A stretch of DNA of 64,000 nt from the human T2T-CHM13v2.0 reference genome, Homo sapiens: the NCBI RefSeq assembly GCF_009914755.1, contig NC_060946.1; one strand, written 5' to 3'. Positions 41,830 to 58,016 of the stretch are shown one piece after another (position 1 is the stretch's first letter; every line of letters begins with the position of its first letter). Below the pieces are notes generated by a model. That model worked only from the letters and a program-made list of their open reading frames with translations. It had not been told where the DNA came from and did not search any database. The position numbers and the translations under genes were made by a program.

Positions 41830-42238
41830 TATATTAATTCATTTTGTATTGCAATAAGTACCTAAGACTGTGTAATTTATAAAGAAAAAAGATTTATTTT
41901 CTTCATAGTTATGCACAATGCACAAGTGTGGTGCCAGCATCTGCATCTGGTGAAGGTCTAAGTAAGCTTACAATCATGGTGAAGGCACAGAGAAACCAGA
42001 CATATTGCATAGGGAGAGAGGGAGCAAGCATGAAAAGAAAGTGCCAGGTTCTTTAAACACGCAGCTCTCATGTGAATTAACAGAGTGAGAACTCATTGGT
42101 CACCAAGGGGATGGTGTGAAGTCATTTACAAGAGATTTGCTCCCATGACCCAAACACACCACACAAGGATCCACATCCTACATTGGGAATCCCATTTCAA
42201 CATGAGATTTGAAGGGTACAAACATCCAAATCATATCA
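41830..42238 (-). mobile_element. MST (MaLR) solo LTR, MSTB-like
   Basis: gtaatttataaagaaaa...aagcttacaatcatgg...tttcaacatgagatttg...aaacatccaaatcatatca. Confidence 0.8.
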
Positions 42239-42369
42239 TAGACCAACTACACATTAAAAATATGTACAGGACTCTCCAGTAAAAAGGAACAGATTACACA
42301 ATATTCTTGTTTGAGCTTGGTGCATTCTGTTAGGACACATAACAAGTCTTATTAAGTTTAAGAAGACCA

Positions 42370-42672
42370 GCCAGGTGTGGTAGCACATGCCTGTAGCCCC
42401 CAGCACTTTGGGAGGAAAGACCACTTGAGACTAGGATTTCAAAACCAGCCTGGGCAATATAGTGAGAACCCGCATTTCTACAAAAAATAAAAAAACTAGC
42501 CAGGCATGAAAGCACACGTATGTAGTCCCAACTATTTAGGATGCTGAGGTGGGAGGATTATTTGAGCCTCGGAGGTTGAGGCTGCAGTGAGCCAAGACTG
42601 TACCACTGCATTCCAGCCTGAGTGGCACAGAGAGAATCTGTCTCTCAATAGCAACAAAAATAAATAAATAAA
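42370..42672 (+). mobile_element. Alu (AluJ-like)
   Basis: Diverged dimer with gaggttgaggctgcagtgag. Confidence 0.88.
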
Positions 42673-43799
42673 TTTAAGATGACCAAACTTTTACAGTTAC
42701 GTTTTCTGACTAAAATAAAATGAAAGGACATCAAAATCAAGAGATAAACTGGCAAATTCAAAAATACATGGAAATAAAACACACTCTTTAATATATTCTT
42801 GCTCAAGGTCCAGATAATTTAATCTAAATGTGAAAACAACTCACGGTGATGAAGAAATTCCAATGGTACATTGTTGACCAGAAATATTGTTTAAAACTTT
42901 TTAAATTGATTATGAGCTAAAACTAGCCAAACAACCATTAGAAAGAACAAAGAGGCATTGTATTCCCTGATTTCAAAATATATTAAAAAGCTATAATAAA
43001 CAAAAGCAATGTGGTACTAACAGAGACAAATAAACAGATGATAGAACAAAATAGCCCAGAAATGAACCCTTCTTTATATAATCAAATAATCTTCCACAAA
43101 GTTGCCATGACTACACAATAGAGAAAAGAAAAATCTCTTCAACAAATGATGTTAAAAACTGAGTATCTACACTGAAAAAAATAAAGTTGGATTATTTTCT
43201 TCCACATTTTAAGTAAAATAATGAAACTAAAAAACATATAACTAATACAACTCTTAGAAGAAAAAATAGGGAAAATACAGAACACTGGTTTTGGCAATTT
43301 TTTGTAGATATGACATCATACTTATGAAAAACATAAAAACCCCCAAAATTTAACTATGCTAAACTTCAAGTTTTCTGCACACCAAAGAAAATATTTAGTA
43401 GAATGACAATGCCACTGAAGAAATGGGTGAAAATATTCACAAATTACATGTGATGAGTTAATATTCAGAATTATAAACAACTAAAATTGAACAACTAACA
43501 TTGAATAAATTGATTTAGAAATGCACAAAGAATAGAACTGATGTTTAATAAAAAATATATATGTAAGTAGAAAAAAGCACTTAAAATAATGCAAAAAAAG
43601 TACCAATTGTAGAGAAATACAAAACAAAATTACAATCCAAAACAAAACCACCTCATACCCATTAGAATGGCCATGATAAATTTTTAAAATGCCAAATCTG
43701 TTGAGGATGTAAAGAAATTAAAACTCTTGTGAATGGTTGGTGGGGAAAAAAGGATGCAACCATCATATTATGAATGTTTCTTAAAAATTAAATTACATA

Positions 43800-44292
43800 A
43801 TTCAGGAATTCCATTTATAAACCTATATTCAAATATAAATCATATTATTTGATTGGAATATAAAATATATTTTTATATATTAATATATTTATAAATTGAA
43901 TCCAAGAATTCCACTTATAAATCTATATTCAAACATAAATATAAATGTATATTCCAAATACAAATCTATATTCAAACAAAGAACCTGGAAGATATACTTG
44001 AATATATATTTGAAATATTGGTATAATAAATATATGATACCAATATTTATATATTTAATATATATTAATATAATACATATTAACTATATTATACCAATAT
44101 TTATATATTTTATATATACTAATATAATATATATTAAATAAATAAATATATATTATATAAATAAATATATATTTAATATATATGTTAAATATATAAATAT
44201 TGGTATCATATATTTATTATACCAATATATTATATAAATATATACACATATATTTATATATATACTATATATATAAATATACCAATATTTAC
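43800..44292. repeat. AT-rich low-complexity expansion with nested inverted repeats
   Basis: Nearly pure A/T; perfect 44-bp inverted arms at 44015-44058 and 44185-44228. Confidence 0.9.
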
Positions 44293-44666
44293 AAAAACCA
44301 GAAGGCAGAAGTAACCCAGATATCCCTTGACTGATAAACAAATTAAAAATGTGACATATACATACAGTGTAATATTATTAAGCCTTAAAATAGTAAATCT
44401 GTCACATTCTTAAATAAATGTTGAGAATATTATGTCAACTGAAATAAGATAGTAATAAAGTGACAGATACTATATGATTCCATGATATGAGTCATCATAA
44501 GTAGTGAAATAGAAACAGAAAAGAGAATGGTGTTACTCAAGGTCTAAAGAGAGGGTAAAATGGGCAGTTGTTACTTAATGGGTATTGTTTTAATTTTAGA
44601 AGACGTAAAAGTTCTAGAGGTCTTTACATAACAATGTAAATACTCTTAACAACTACAATGTACAAC

Positions 44667-44955
44667 TTTTTTGAGGTAGGTTCTCACTCTGTCTTGCAGG
44701 CTAGAATGAAGTCACATAATCATAGCTCACTGCAGCCTCAACCTCCCATGCACAAGTGATTCTCCTGCCACGGCCTCACAAGGAGCTAGGACCACAGGTG
44801 GACAACCCAACACCTGGCTAATTTTAAATTTTTGTGGGGAAGGGCTCTTTATATGCTGCACAGGCTGGTCTCAAGTTCCTCGGTTTAAGCAATACTTCTG
44901 CCTCAGTTTCCCAAAGTGCGGGCATTATAGGCATGAGCCTCCACCACACTCAGCT
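44667..44955 (-). mobile_element. Alu (AluJ-like)
   Basis: atcatagctcactgcagcctcaacctcc diagnostic text. Confidence 0.85.
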
Positions 44956-45185
44956 CTGAAATATAGACTTAAAAAGATTTAAGATGGTAAATTTTATGTT
45001 ATGTGTTTTCACAATTTTTTTTGAAAACAACTACAAGTTATATAGGTCTTTCTATAAATCACAAAATATATAAATATAAATCACCATCAAATCACTAAAG
45101 TGTTTCTCTCACAGAAAGAAAATATATATATTTATCATTAAACACCTGGTGAATATACCACTGTTTCTATGACTACCCACCTTCA

Positions 45186-45509
<324 letters not shown>

Positions 45510-48500
45510 CTACTGTGGCCCCTAAAGGAGTTCAGTGACTCAGTTTCAGCTGTCTTTGCCACAGTTCACAACAATTCCTGCCAACACAGGAACCCACACA
45601 GTGATGTGGAAAAAATCTTTCAAATACTCAGTGGTAGCCACACTTACCACATCCCGATATAAGGTCCACCATATGCACACCCAATTGCAGAAATCTGTCC
45701 TAATTTCTGCACTATAAATAAAAGTCCTGAAGGAAATCCAGCCCACCCAGACATTAGATGGGAATCACAACAACCAAAGCCCCTGGTAAAAAGCCACTTG
45801 AAAGTTGAATCCACTGCATACCCAGCAGCCTTGTGACAAAGTTATAAACTCTTCCCTACTACAAGCTCATAGGGCATCCCATTACCCTGGGGACCCATTA
45901 CCCTGGGGACCCAACAAAAGGAGATCTGTACCTCCTGAAACCAGTTTATAAAAAATTAAAGAGCTGTTTGCTTCTTCAAATTTATAGACACCGGGGTAAG
46001 GCTACATGGTTCCATTGTAAATGTTTCTATTTTAACATAGCAGTGAAAGTACTTTGCAGAAGAATTAGTCAAGAAAATGACCCTAAAAATGACATTCAAA
46101 TTGAGGAAAAGAATTAAAATGTTGCTGTTTGTAGGTGACATGATCTTATATATAGAAAACCATAAACAATACATCAAAAACTAACAAATGCCCTCAGAAA
46201 ATTAGCAATATATAAAATTAACATATAATTATCAGTTATGATTCTATATGCTAACAACAAACCATCTGATAAAAAAGGAAGAAAACAATCTTATTTCCAA
46301 TAGAATTAAAATAATAAATTTCTGAAAAATGAATTTAACAAAGGAGGCAAAATGTCTTTACACTGAAACATATTGTGAAAGAAATGGAAGAAGTCACAAA
46401 TAAACGCAAAAAGATTTCATGTTTATGAACTGGAAGAATAAATATTATAAAGTGCCATATGAGTCAAAGTGATCTACAGTTTCAATGAACTCTCTATTAA
46501 AAATCCAGCGACATTTTTCACGGTAATGGAAACTACAATTCTAAAATTTGCATGAAAGTACAATAGGCTTTGAAAAACCAAAGCAATCTAGAGGAAAAGG
46601 AACAAAGCAACCAAACTTCATACTTTATGATTTCAAACTATATTTTAAGATTGTAGTACATGCAAAATATGGACACAAGAAAACAAAGAAACAGAATAGA
46701 GCCCAGAAACAAACCCAGGAATATAAAGTTTACTAATCTTTGACAAGTGCACCAGAAATACACAATGAACAATGTATAGTCTTTTTAATATTTGGTTCTG
46801 AAAAAACTGGATACCTCCAGGCAAAAGAATAAAATTAACTTATTTTTCTTACACCATGCTAAAAGTTAAATTACAGACTTAAATATGAATCCTTAAAAAA
46901 TCTGAAAGAAAAATACATGGAAAATCCTCATGATATGGTCTTAACAATAATTTGTTAGACATAATACCAAAAGTACAGCAACGAAAGCAAATATAAACAA
47001 GCTGGACTGCATCAAACTAAAAACCTTCTGCACAGAAAAGGGAAGAATAAAATAAAAAAATTTGTAGCATGGGAAAAAATATTTGCAAACCATACATCTG
47101 ATAAAAGATTGATATACAAAATATATAAGAAATGCAAGCAGATTAAAAGGAAAAACAACAGTAACCCAGTTCAAAATAGGCAAAAAACTAAACTGATATT
47201 TGTCCAATGAAGACATACAAATGGCCAACAGATAAGCCATAAAGTACTCAATATCACCAAATATCAGGCAATTGCAAATCAAAACCATGATGAGTATCAT
47301 TTCAAACATGTTAGAATGGATAATATAAAAAGAAGAAACATAACAAGTGTTGACAACACTTTGAAGAAAAAAAATTCTGTACATTCTTGGAGAGTTATAA
47401 ATTGATGGAGTCATTACAAAAACCAATAGAGGTTATCTGAAATACAGAACTACTACACAACCTAGCAATAGTAGTATTGTGTATATAATACTGTTTATAT
47501 AACAAAAGGAAATGAAATAAGTAACTTGAAGACATATCTGTACCACCATATTTGTTGCAGCATTATTCACAATTGCCAAGATACAAAAAAACTAAATGTT
47601 TGTGGATGCTGAATAAAGAAAAGCTGGTGTAAATAAACAATAGAATATCATTTAGCTTGAAAAATAACAAAATCTTGCCATTTCAACAACATGGGTAGAA
47701 CTAGAAGACATTATGCCAAGGGAAATAAGCCAGACACAGAAAGAGAAATACTGCACATTCTCACTTATATGGGGAATCTAAGAAAGCTGAACTCACAGAA
47801 GCAGAGACTACAATGGAAGTTGTCAGGGACTGGATATGGGAGAAAATGAAAAGATGTTGAAAAGACACAAATTTTCTTTTATGAGTAAGTTTTTCAAATG
47901 TAATATATAGCTTCATGATACAGTTAACACTAAATTTTTGTATGCTTAAAATTTGATGTCAGCAGATCTCAGATATTTTCATTACAAGAAAGGTACCTAT
48001 GTGAGGAAAGGTGATAGAAATGCTCATAAACATAATTGTGTTCATCATTTTACAATCTACACATGCAGTAAGTCATTACGTTGTACACAATAAATATATA
48101 TAGAATTTTTATTTGTAAAAAAATCCACAATACACACCTACATATATGTACACACATATAAATTACAGTTCTGGTAGACTTTATCCTAAACAAGATAAAA
48201 TTACAAAATAGTAATTTAAAAAACAAGGAAAGAAGTGGGAGCTTAACATATGCTCAGTAATGTTCTAAGTTCCCTGACATAGTGAATTGAAGAAATGTAG
48301 GAAATATCTACGTTATATTACAGTTGAGAAATTAAGACAGAATTGAAATTACTAACCTCAGTTAGTACTACAAGAATAAAAATTTCAATTCAAATAACAT
48401 TAGATATTCTTAAAGAGATACTTAATATTCTGATTAAATTACCGAGCATGAATTTCTGTAGAAACACATTTGAAACCTCCATAAAATAAGAAACTATGAA

Positions 48501-48941
48501 GCAGAAAACATACAACATATGTTTGTTGTATTTCTGGGATTTCTGAACCAAGTCTCAATATCACTACTTTTACATATTTCAGACACAATGCAGAAAGAGA
48601 ACTTAAAAATGGTTAAACACAGGGTTTCTAAAAAATATGCAGCTATTTGTATATCCCCAAAAGCAATAAAAGTAGTCAGATTGTGCACTCTTTTATAAGC
48701 CATAAAGAGAACTTTGGCTCTCACTGCAAATCTGAAGAAAAATTATTGAAGAAAATGTAGAGTCATTAGAGAGCATGAGACAGAGGATGTCCCTATGTGA
48801 GAACAAGTGAAAAAACCCAGTCTTCTCAGAAACGATTTCCACTGGAGCACAGCTTCCCAAATCACATGTAAAAGTCCGGGTTCCTCTCGGCCTTTGGATG
48901 TCTCATCTATGTCATCCTCTTCTTCATTGGCTTTCACCCAC

Positions 48942-49016
48942 CTGGGTGCTTCATACTCCATGGCTTTTTCCTTTGCTCCAGACAGGTGACCAAGTCTGGC
49001 TTAGAGAAGACAATAC
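48942..49016 (-). pseudogene. KRAB-B exon (75 bp, 21 bp shorter than the usual 96)
   Basis: (G)IVFSKPDLVTCLEQRKKPWSMKHP; acceptor reads aa instead of ag; donor gtgggt intact. Confidence 0.9.
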
Positions 49017-49439
49017 TTGTTTTATTTTAAAAAGCAGCATGAGCATGACTTTTCCTGGAATTCTCCATTTACCAACCTAATACTGTTCTAAGTAGAGAAA
49101 AGAGGACATAATAGAAGATTCTAGAAAATTAATTCCAAAATACTTTTTACTGACAGAACCTTTAGCGTATTCAGAAAGTACATTAAATATGTGGGTCCTC
49201 CGTTTCACTCCCCAGTATTACTGAATCAAAAATTGGTGGTGGCAATTGAATTTTAAGGTGTGGACAACATTATTTTATGCTGCTAAATTTCTGAAATTAC
49301 CACTTATCTAGGGTGAATAATATAGATAAACTCAGGAAAGGGGAAAATTCAGGTCAAAATGAAACGACCTGAAGAATTTATTTTCCACACCAAAAAATCC
49401 TCAAGATTGTCTTGAAAACAGGGATCTGAAATTTACTCA

Positions 49440-49937
<498 letters not shown>

Positions 49938-50852
49938 TTAATCATACAGTATAAGTTCTACATATTTCTCAGATTAAAAAGTCAGGCTTAGTTATAAAGT
50001 ACCTCTCAAATTTTAATGTGTACAACCATAAACTGGAGATCATTTTATGCAGATTTTGTTTCAAGAAACCTGAGGTAAAACCTGAGTTTCTGAATTTCTA
50101 ACAAGCTCACAAGTGGCACCAATCTTTCTGGCCCAAGATAAACATTTTGCCAAACATTCATTAAGTGACAGAGCCTGGGTTTTTATGACCAGTAAACAAA
50201 GATGAGGGACTTCACTTTTAAAAGAAAGACATATGCAAAGACAATCTAAGAAGAAAAGAGAACTTCCAGATTACATGTGATGCTTTGTGCACATCAGCTG
50301 GTAAATGTCCCCAGGGTACTCAATAATAAAGAGAAAAATAACTCTACGGTGGAAAAAAATTCTCAGAGAACTATTTAACTAAGCGAATCAAATTAACACC
50401 AATTATAACAACAAATTTTCATCATGCGCTGATGCTCACAGAAGGACACAATATCACTGCTGGGATACTGGCCCCCGCCAAAGAAGCAAATTATAATTCA
50501 AATCTAATCATAAAGAAACAAGTTTTATGCAAAATGCAAACTACAGTAATCACTCATGTTGTGTAATCTCTATTAAAGTATTTACACAGACTTTCTTTAG
50601 CATTCTAGAAAGAGAGTATCTTCTAATTATTTTTTTCAAAACTTTCTGAATTATTCTGGGTAATAAATGCCATCTTGTTCAAATGTGCATATTTTAATCC
50701 TGTTCCGCATCGAGTTGATGGAGCACACAGACAGTACTTCAACATTACATATTCCTATTTTTCATGAATATCTAAGAACCCCACCTCTTCCCCAGTAGGA
50801 ATCTTGGGTATCCATACATTTCCATGTGCACCAGCACCAGCAACAAAGGGTA

Positions 50853-51189
<337 letters not shown>

Positions 51190-52565
51190 TGAGTCATAAA
51201 TTAATGGTGAGAATTCTGCATGGCAGAGAAGAAGCCAAGATGAAGAGAATGTCAAGAAGGCTCTAGTGTATAGAAAATAATATTTTTTCAGAGTTTCTTG
51301 ACTATCATGAGAAGAAAAAGTGTTTAAACAAACTTATAGGGAGAAATAGCATAAAGTCAAGAAGTACAGGTTTGTAAGTTCTAAACATATGGCATTCCAG
51401 GAGGCAGAGTGAACACTGCTCCTGATCTGAGACACAGTCACCTGAGAAAAAGCCATTTTTCTCTTCATCATCCTTCTCTAGGATTTCTTCTCAGGTGATA
51501 TTCTCTGGACAAGTCACACCTGCATCTTGGGAATATGCCTTTAAAGAAATCAGCACAATCTCTTCACCTGCTACCACCACAAACACAGGTAGAAAGATCC
51601 AGGCAGGCAGAAAATGTCCACCCATTTATGTTCTTTATAACAGGTGAGATTCAAGGACAGCGAGCTCCTCCACAAAGATCAAAATTTATCTTTCTCTTTT
51701 CCTGCCACAGATGCCACAATTTCTGCTACAGCAATGGGGATACGGGCCACACTAACTTGTCCCTACCAAATCCAACCATAGCAGGCCCTGTGACCTCCCT
51801 TTGGAATAAAGTTTGAACTCAACTCTCATGAATGTATTTTGAAATCCTCATGTTTGACCCTGGCCTCAACCTGGAGTCACATGAGGCACTTAATTATATC
51901 AACAAGGATGCTTCCACCCAGAACAATATACAGAGCCTGTGGGAAGGGTACAAGTGAAAAGATTTCTGCAACCTGGCCATGGAATCTTAATTAGAAGCCT
52001 GGGCCAAGAACCACTTAGCTAAACATTGCCTCTCAAACTTCAATGTGCATATAAATCATTTGGTAACCCTGGCCCCACACTATGTAATGTGATTCTGCAG
52101 GTTTTAAAAGCATCCATGAAAGTGCATTTTAAACACATCTCCTGTCAATGCTGATGTAGCTTCCCCAGACCCATCATTAGTAGCATTTAGCTAGAGAAAG
52201 CAGGCATGGAACAGACTCTTACTCTCATCACTCATCACAACACAAATACTTCTGATCAAATAAACAATCAATCTCTATCCTGAAAAACCACATTCTTTGC
52301 TAGCTCTTTAACTTCAGAGACAGGAGAAGGCAACAACGTCTGAGTAAGTCTGCACTGAAAAACAACATGTACACATATACTTATGCAATGCTTATGAAGC
52401 AGGTACTATGTGCTCAGGAGTGTGTTACAGAGCACTGTGCTGGGAACATCACATTATGTGATTTAATCTTCATAACAACTTGAGAGTTGGGTCCTAAGAG
52501 TTCAATAATTCTCAGAATTTAGATGAAGGGGCCAGCATTGTTTTCTTCCCTGTTTATCTCATTGA

Positions 52566-52859
52566 TTTTTTTTTTCTGGACGGAGTTTCACTCTTGTTGC
52601 CCAGGCTGGAAGTGCAATGGCATGATCTCAGCTCACCACAACATCCGCCTCCTGGGTTCAAACGATTCTCCTGCCTCAGCCTCCCGAGTAGTTGGGATTA
52701 CAGGCATGCACCATGACACTGAGCTAAGTTTCTATTTTTAGTAGAGACAGGGTTTCTCCATGTTGGTCAGGCTGGTCTCGAACTCCCAAGCTAAAGTGAT
52801 CCGCGCACCTTGGCCTCCCAAAGTGCTAGTATTACAAGCATGAGCCACAGAGCCCGGCC
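52566..52859 (-). mobile_element. Alu (AluSp-like)
   Basis: gagtttcactcttgttgccc and tttctccatgttggtcagg; TSD tctcaYtgattt. Confidence 0.92.
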
Positions 52860-54560
52860 TCTCACTGATTTTTTTTTAAAATGTATAGCATAAGAGATAA
52901 ATATAAAGAGATGGGAGGGATACAGAAAGGAAAGGGTTAAGGGTAGTTTAAAGGGATTTTTTATTGTGTTTCTATTTACTTTTTTGTGACTGTGGAGTAA
53001 CTACTGGGATGGAATGTCTCTACAAGCACTGGTTTTAATTAAAAAGAAAGAAGTTAAGACCTCAAAATATATAGTTTATTGCTCTAATTTATCTGCTTTT
53101 GGGTTTCAGAATATTGTGAGCATAAGCTCTGGAGAGGCAGCAGGAGCCACCTCCCAAATCTCTGGTCTCCTCTAATGAGTTCTGTGAGGAGAAACTCCAG
53201 GGTGGGACCAGACGTGAATGAGCCTCAGAAAAGTGTGAATCTGGACAGAGCTGGGGTGGAGAAACGGTCCTATGTTGAATTATGATCTCTATGCTGCTGG
53301 AGTACTTCTTGTTCTGTCTTTCCTAAGCCTGTCCAAGAGAAACTTAAGAGTTTGTATAATTTTAATCCATTTAGCCACTACTCTATTTTATAACATATAA
53401 TAACAAGCAATTTAACCAAAACTTTTAGGGCTTTCTAGGATAATTTTATCAGAAAATATGTATTCTTAGCAAGGTAAAAGCAATAGAAATACAAATAACT
53501 CTCCTGTTTGAGAATAGCTCTTCAGGAGGTGATATCAGAAGTCACAACAACATCAGAGTCATCGCCCAAGTCCCCTTAACACTCCCACTTTATTGTATTG
53601 ACTATATGATGCTTAATTAAACCATTTATCCAGTTGCTCTAGACTGAAAGTTTTTGAATGACAGTGACCCTGACTGCTTCATCTATTTTTCTAAAGGCCA
53701 TATGAAATGGAGGCAATCTGTTTATCAGTCTGAGTCTCCAGAACTCCTGAATTTTTTGCCAAGGAAACTGGAGAAACTCTCGTCCAGGTACCAACCAAGG
53801 AGATTCTTTCTACAAAAGAAGGAACAGACACTGAATGACTCATTTCCCTTCCTCTAACATGGAAGCAGAATTAGGCACTCCTGCCAGCCTGACCCAAGTC
53901 TGTACAGGACATCCTGAAATGTCTTAAAGATTCCCGGGTGATTGTGAGAGGATTCCTAGTGACCATAGACTGATGACCATATGTTGATCCAAGTAGGAAA
54001 GACTCAAGCTGATTCTAAATAGAAAATGGAACTGCCCTGGTAGAGCTCCAGAATCTGGATCTACGTGTGATATCACCTGTTCTGATTAGCTAGGTCTTAG
54101 GTAAGAGAAAGGACAAGAATACTCTACTCCAGTATCACATTTTACAAATAGGTAAACTTATGTCATTGCTCTGGGTATTTTGTGGCTTTGATCTCTCCCT
54201 GCTGACATGCATGTTTACACTTACAGATTGTGCAACCAGATTCTATTTACACCAGCAGCCTCTCACATAACCATAGCAGGTCACTGGAAAAGATCTGGAA
54301 AGCTCAAAGGGATACACTCTGAAAGGAGGGCTTTAAGATTTCTATGCTGACATCTCACAGATCAGAAAATGTCTCCTATGGGTTTTCTGTACATTCTTAA
54401 TCCAAAATCTGGCTCTCTCCTGTGAATCCCAGGGAGAGCTCAGCTCTTATGTACAGATTACAGGTAAGATCAACCTGACTCTTCATTCTTTGGTGTTACA
54501 GCAAGGAGAGTAAAAAAAAAAAAAAAGTTTCCATCATAAAGTCTGCTCTAGCACATGATA

Positions 54561-55020
54561 TGTCAGCCTAAAAAGAAAAGGCTAAGGCAACACTCATTTA
54601 AGAAGAGAGTTTATTTGGGCCAAGCCTGAGGATTGAAATCTGGGAGCATAGATTCAAGTTGCCTTGAATGTATACTTTAATTAGCAGCAGTTACAAGTGG
54701 ATTTACAGAGGCAAAAGAGAGGGACAGGGAGAGGACTGAAACAAAGTTGTTTGTCAGAAATTCTTCTTGATCTACAGAAATAACATTGATGACTAATTGG
54801 CTATATATTTTTAAGCTGTGAGGTATTGCTTATAACATCTAGTGTGGCATTATTAGGTTAATTTATATCTACTTGTAGGAATAGCAAACAGTTTCGAGAG
54901 GTAAACACGTAGCTCAAAGGAGGCAGTAGAACATAATTATGTTCTCATTTTTATGTCTCTCTGGGCCTGATAAAACTAAAAGGACTTGCCCTCCTCAGAT
55001 CAAAGTTATTCTTTTTCCTC
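54561..55020. mobile_element. Probable old ERV1 solo LTR (MER93-like)
   Basis: tgtcagcctaaa...agagtttatttgggccaagc...agattcaagttgcc resembles a recalled consensus; not verified. Confidence 0.45.
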
Positions 55021-56845
55021 TAATCTCAAGACCGAGGTTCAGAATTTGGTACTGTAGATTTAGGTCCTGGATGGATGGAGAAATGACAGGTATTAACTGC
55101 ACATTTATGGGAATTTTGGGAGGAGAAGAAAGAGGAACTTTGAGATACTCACGTTTACTCAATGCACACATGTCACCCTAATTGTTCTTCTGGTCCTAAT
55201 AGTCTCCAACTCAGTTTCAGGTCTCAAGACACTATGGTCTCTGAAAGAGGTGAAATGGCTGATTACTATCCTGTGAATTTTGTCAACCACTTGTAGAAAG
55301 GCTTAACGTCTCTATGAGTGGTTGTAGAGGACTATAGATGTGAAACAGGCAGAGACACAAGTCTGCTTGCATACTCTGGGGGCAGTGTGCACTTTGAAGC
55401 ACAACTGACTGGGTTGACTGGAAGCCTGAGGGGGAAAGCCTTCTCTAAAGTGAAGCTTGGTGGGCATTTTATACATATATACAATGTCTGGTAATTGTGA
55501 ACAGTGTTTGAGAAATATAATTAAAAGGAAAATTATCTCCAATCCTAGAAAAACCCCACAATAACAGAACAGAAAGAAAAGTGTTTTATTGAACAATAAA
55601 ACCAGAATGTGATGCGACATGAATCACAGACAATCTGCTCAAGAGATTGCAAAGACAGAAGGTTCTCTATAATTAGTCCTCAAGTAGAAGATTTCACAGC
55701 ATCATTTGTCATACACAGTTTATCCTAAGTTCACCTGGTAATTGGGGAGGCCATCTGTGTACGTTAATTAGTTATATTGAAAGGAAAAATGAACTTCTGA
55801 CATCTTCATGATAGGAGGTAGTTTTGCAACTTACAGCCAGGTGCCTGCCGAAAGTAGGCTCTGGTTCTTTCACAGACACTGTGAGATAGGATATTATTCT
55901 TTTGGCTATTTACATTTCAAAGCAAAGGGTCCCTACTCCCTAGGCCACGGGCTGCAGCAATCCTGCTTGCCCTGTCCTGGTGGCCTGTGTCCCATCTCTT
56001 CCCCTACCATCTACCATCGAGGCACAGCTCACAGCACACTGCTGGCAGCCCACATTCCACATGGACTCCAACCACCACAGCTGCACTCCAGTGTCACATT
56101 ATGGAGCAGGGTCCCTGAACGGCAGGAGGAGAACCTGCAGGACTCCTGGGTAGGATTGCACTTTTGCAATAATGGAAATGGGAGCAATGTTTCAGCTACT
56201 TTTCTATTTATAATGGTGACAAAAAAATACTGCTTGATTCCCAGCATGGGTCTGGATAGAGTGCGAAAGAGTTCTCATTGTGACAGCCCAACTCACTCGG
56301 AAACACCATGAGACACTTTTGGGGGTCCCTTCTGAAGACAGACACCGAAGGCATTGAAGAGAAAAACAGCTCTCAGTCTGAATAAAATTTTATTAAGAGG
56401 TTAAAAGCATCTGAAAGAAAAATTCAGATTACATATAATATTAGCCAAGTCGACCAGAAAATACTCACTCCCCTGAGACAGTTTCCTCTCTAAACACCCA
56501 AAATGCACAGCTGCTCTCAACACAAGAAACACAGTGTTATGAAGAAAGGGGGCATATTCTCAGCAGAATTTCTTAAGATTTTCCTTCCATCTCTGCTGCT
56601 CTCTCATCTGCTGGCCATTGGATTGAGGATCTACACTGGAACACATCAGGCAACCTTCGCCAGCACTTTTTGATAAAGAATTGGAATTTGACTCTGTTTA
56701 CATAGTAGATACTATATCTGAGATTGCAACATATCTAACTGAAGACTATTATGATTCATGAATTTTGGGTCGTCACAACACTTGCATTGATTTGTTCTGT
56801 AAGAGTGACATTCCTAATTTAGTAAAACATAAGAATAGACTGTAA

Positions 56846-57149
56846 GGCAGGACGCGGTGGCTCACACCTGTAATTCCAGCACTTTGGGAGGCTTAGGTGG
56901 ATCACCTAGGTCGAGAGTTGAAGACCAGCCTGGCCAACACGGTGAAACCCCGTCTCTACTAAAATACAAAAACTAGCCAGGCGTGGTGGCAGACAACTGT
57001 AATCCCAGCTACTTAGGGGTTGAGGCAAGAGAATCGCTTGAACCCAGGAGGCAGAGGTTCCAGTGAGCTGAGATCACGCCACTGCACTCCAGCCTGGGTG
57101 ACAGAGCCAGACTCCATCCCAAAAAAACAAAAAACAAAACAAAACAAAA
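56846..57149 (+). mobile_element. Alu (AluSx-like)
   Basis: Full dimer, (A4C)n tail; TSD about atagaMtgtaa. Confidence 0.92.
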
Positions 57150-57186
57150 GATAGAATGTAAAATTTTGCTAACCTACTACTCTATC

Positions 57187-57492
<306 letters not shown>

Positions 57493-57833
57493 GACCTATT
57501 ATTATATCTATGGGATGAATTAATAAGCATGTCAGATTAATATCTACTGTAACAATTAGATAGTAAATTTTCTTTGGATATTAGATATAAATATCTAAGT
57601 ATAAATAATCTTAGTATACTAGTGATGACATACATTTTTTAAATTATCTGTAACCTTAACTCAGTTATAATACTTTATATTTCAAAAGAATAAATAACGA
57701 TATTAAAATTACTATTTAAGGTATTTATTCATAGTAAATATTGTGGCCTTATATTCACATGATTGTAGAAAATACTGTTTAATTTAGATGGATGATTGTT
57801 GTCTACTGAAGACTACATAAAACTATGTTAATT

Positions 57834-58012
57834 CTTTTTTTATTTTTTTATTTTTTAAATTTATTATTATACCTTAAGTTTTAGGGTACATGTGTAAAAT
57901 GTGCAGGTTTGTTACATATGTATATATGTGCCATGTTGGTGTGCTGCATCCATGAATTTGTCATTTAGCATTAGGTATATCTCCTAATGCTATCCCTCCC
58001 CATCCCCCCACA
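57834..58012 (-). mobile_element. Short L1PA 3' end (about L1PA3-5) at the satellite boundary
   Basis: Poly-T, aagttttagggtacatgtg...ttagcattaggtatatctcctaatgctatccctcccc. Confidence 0.9.
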
Positions 58013-58016
58013 CTGA

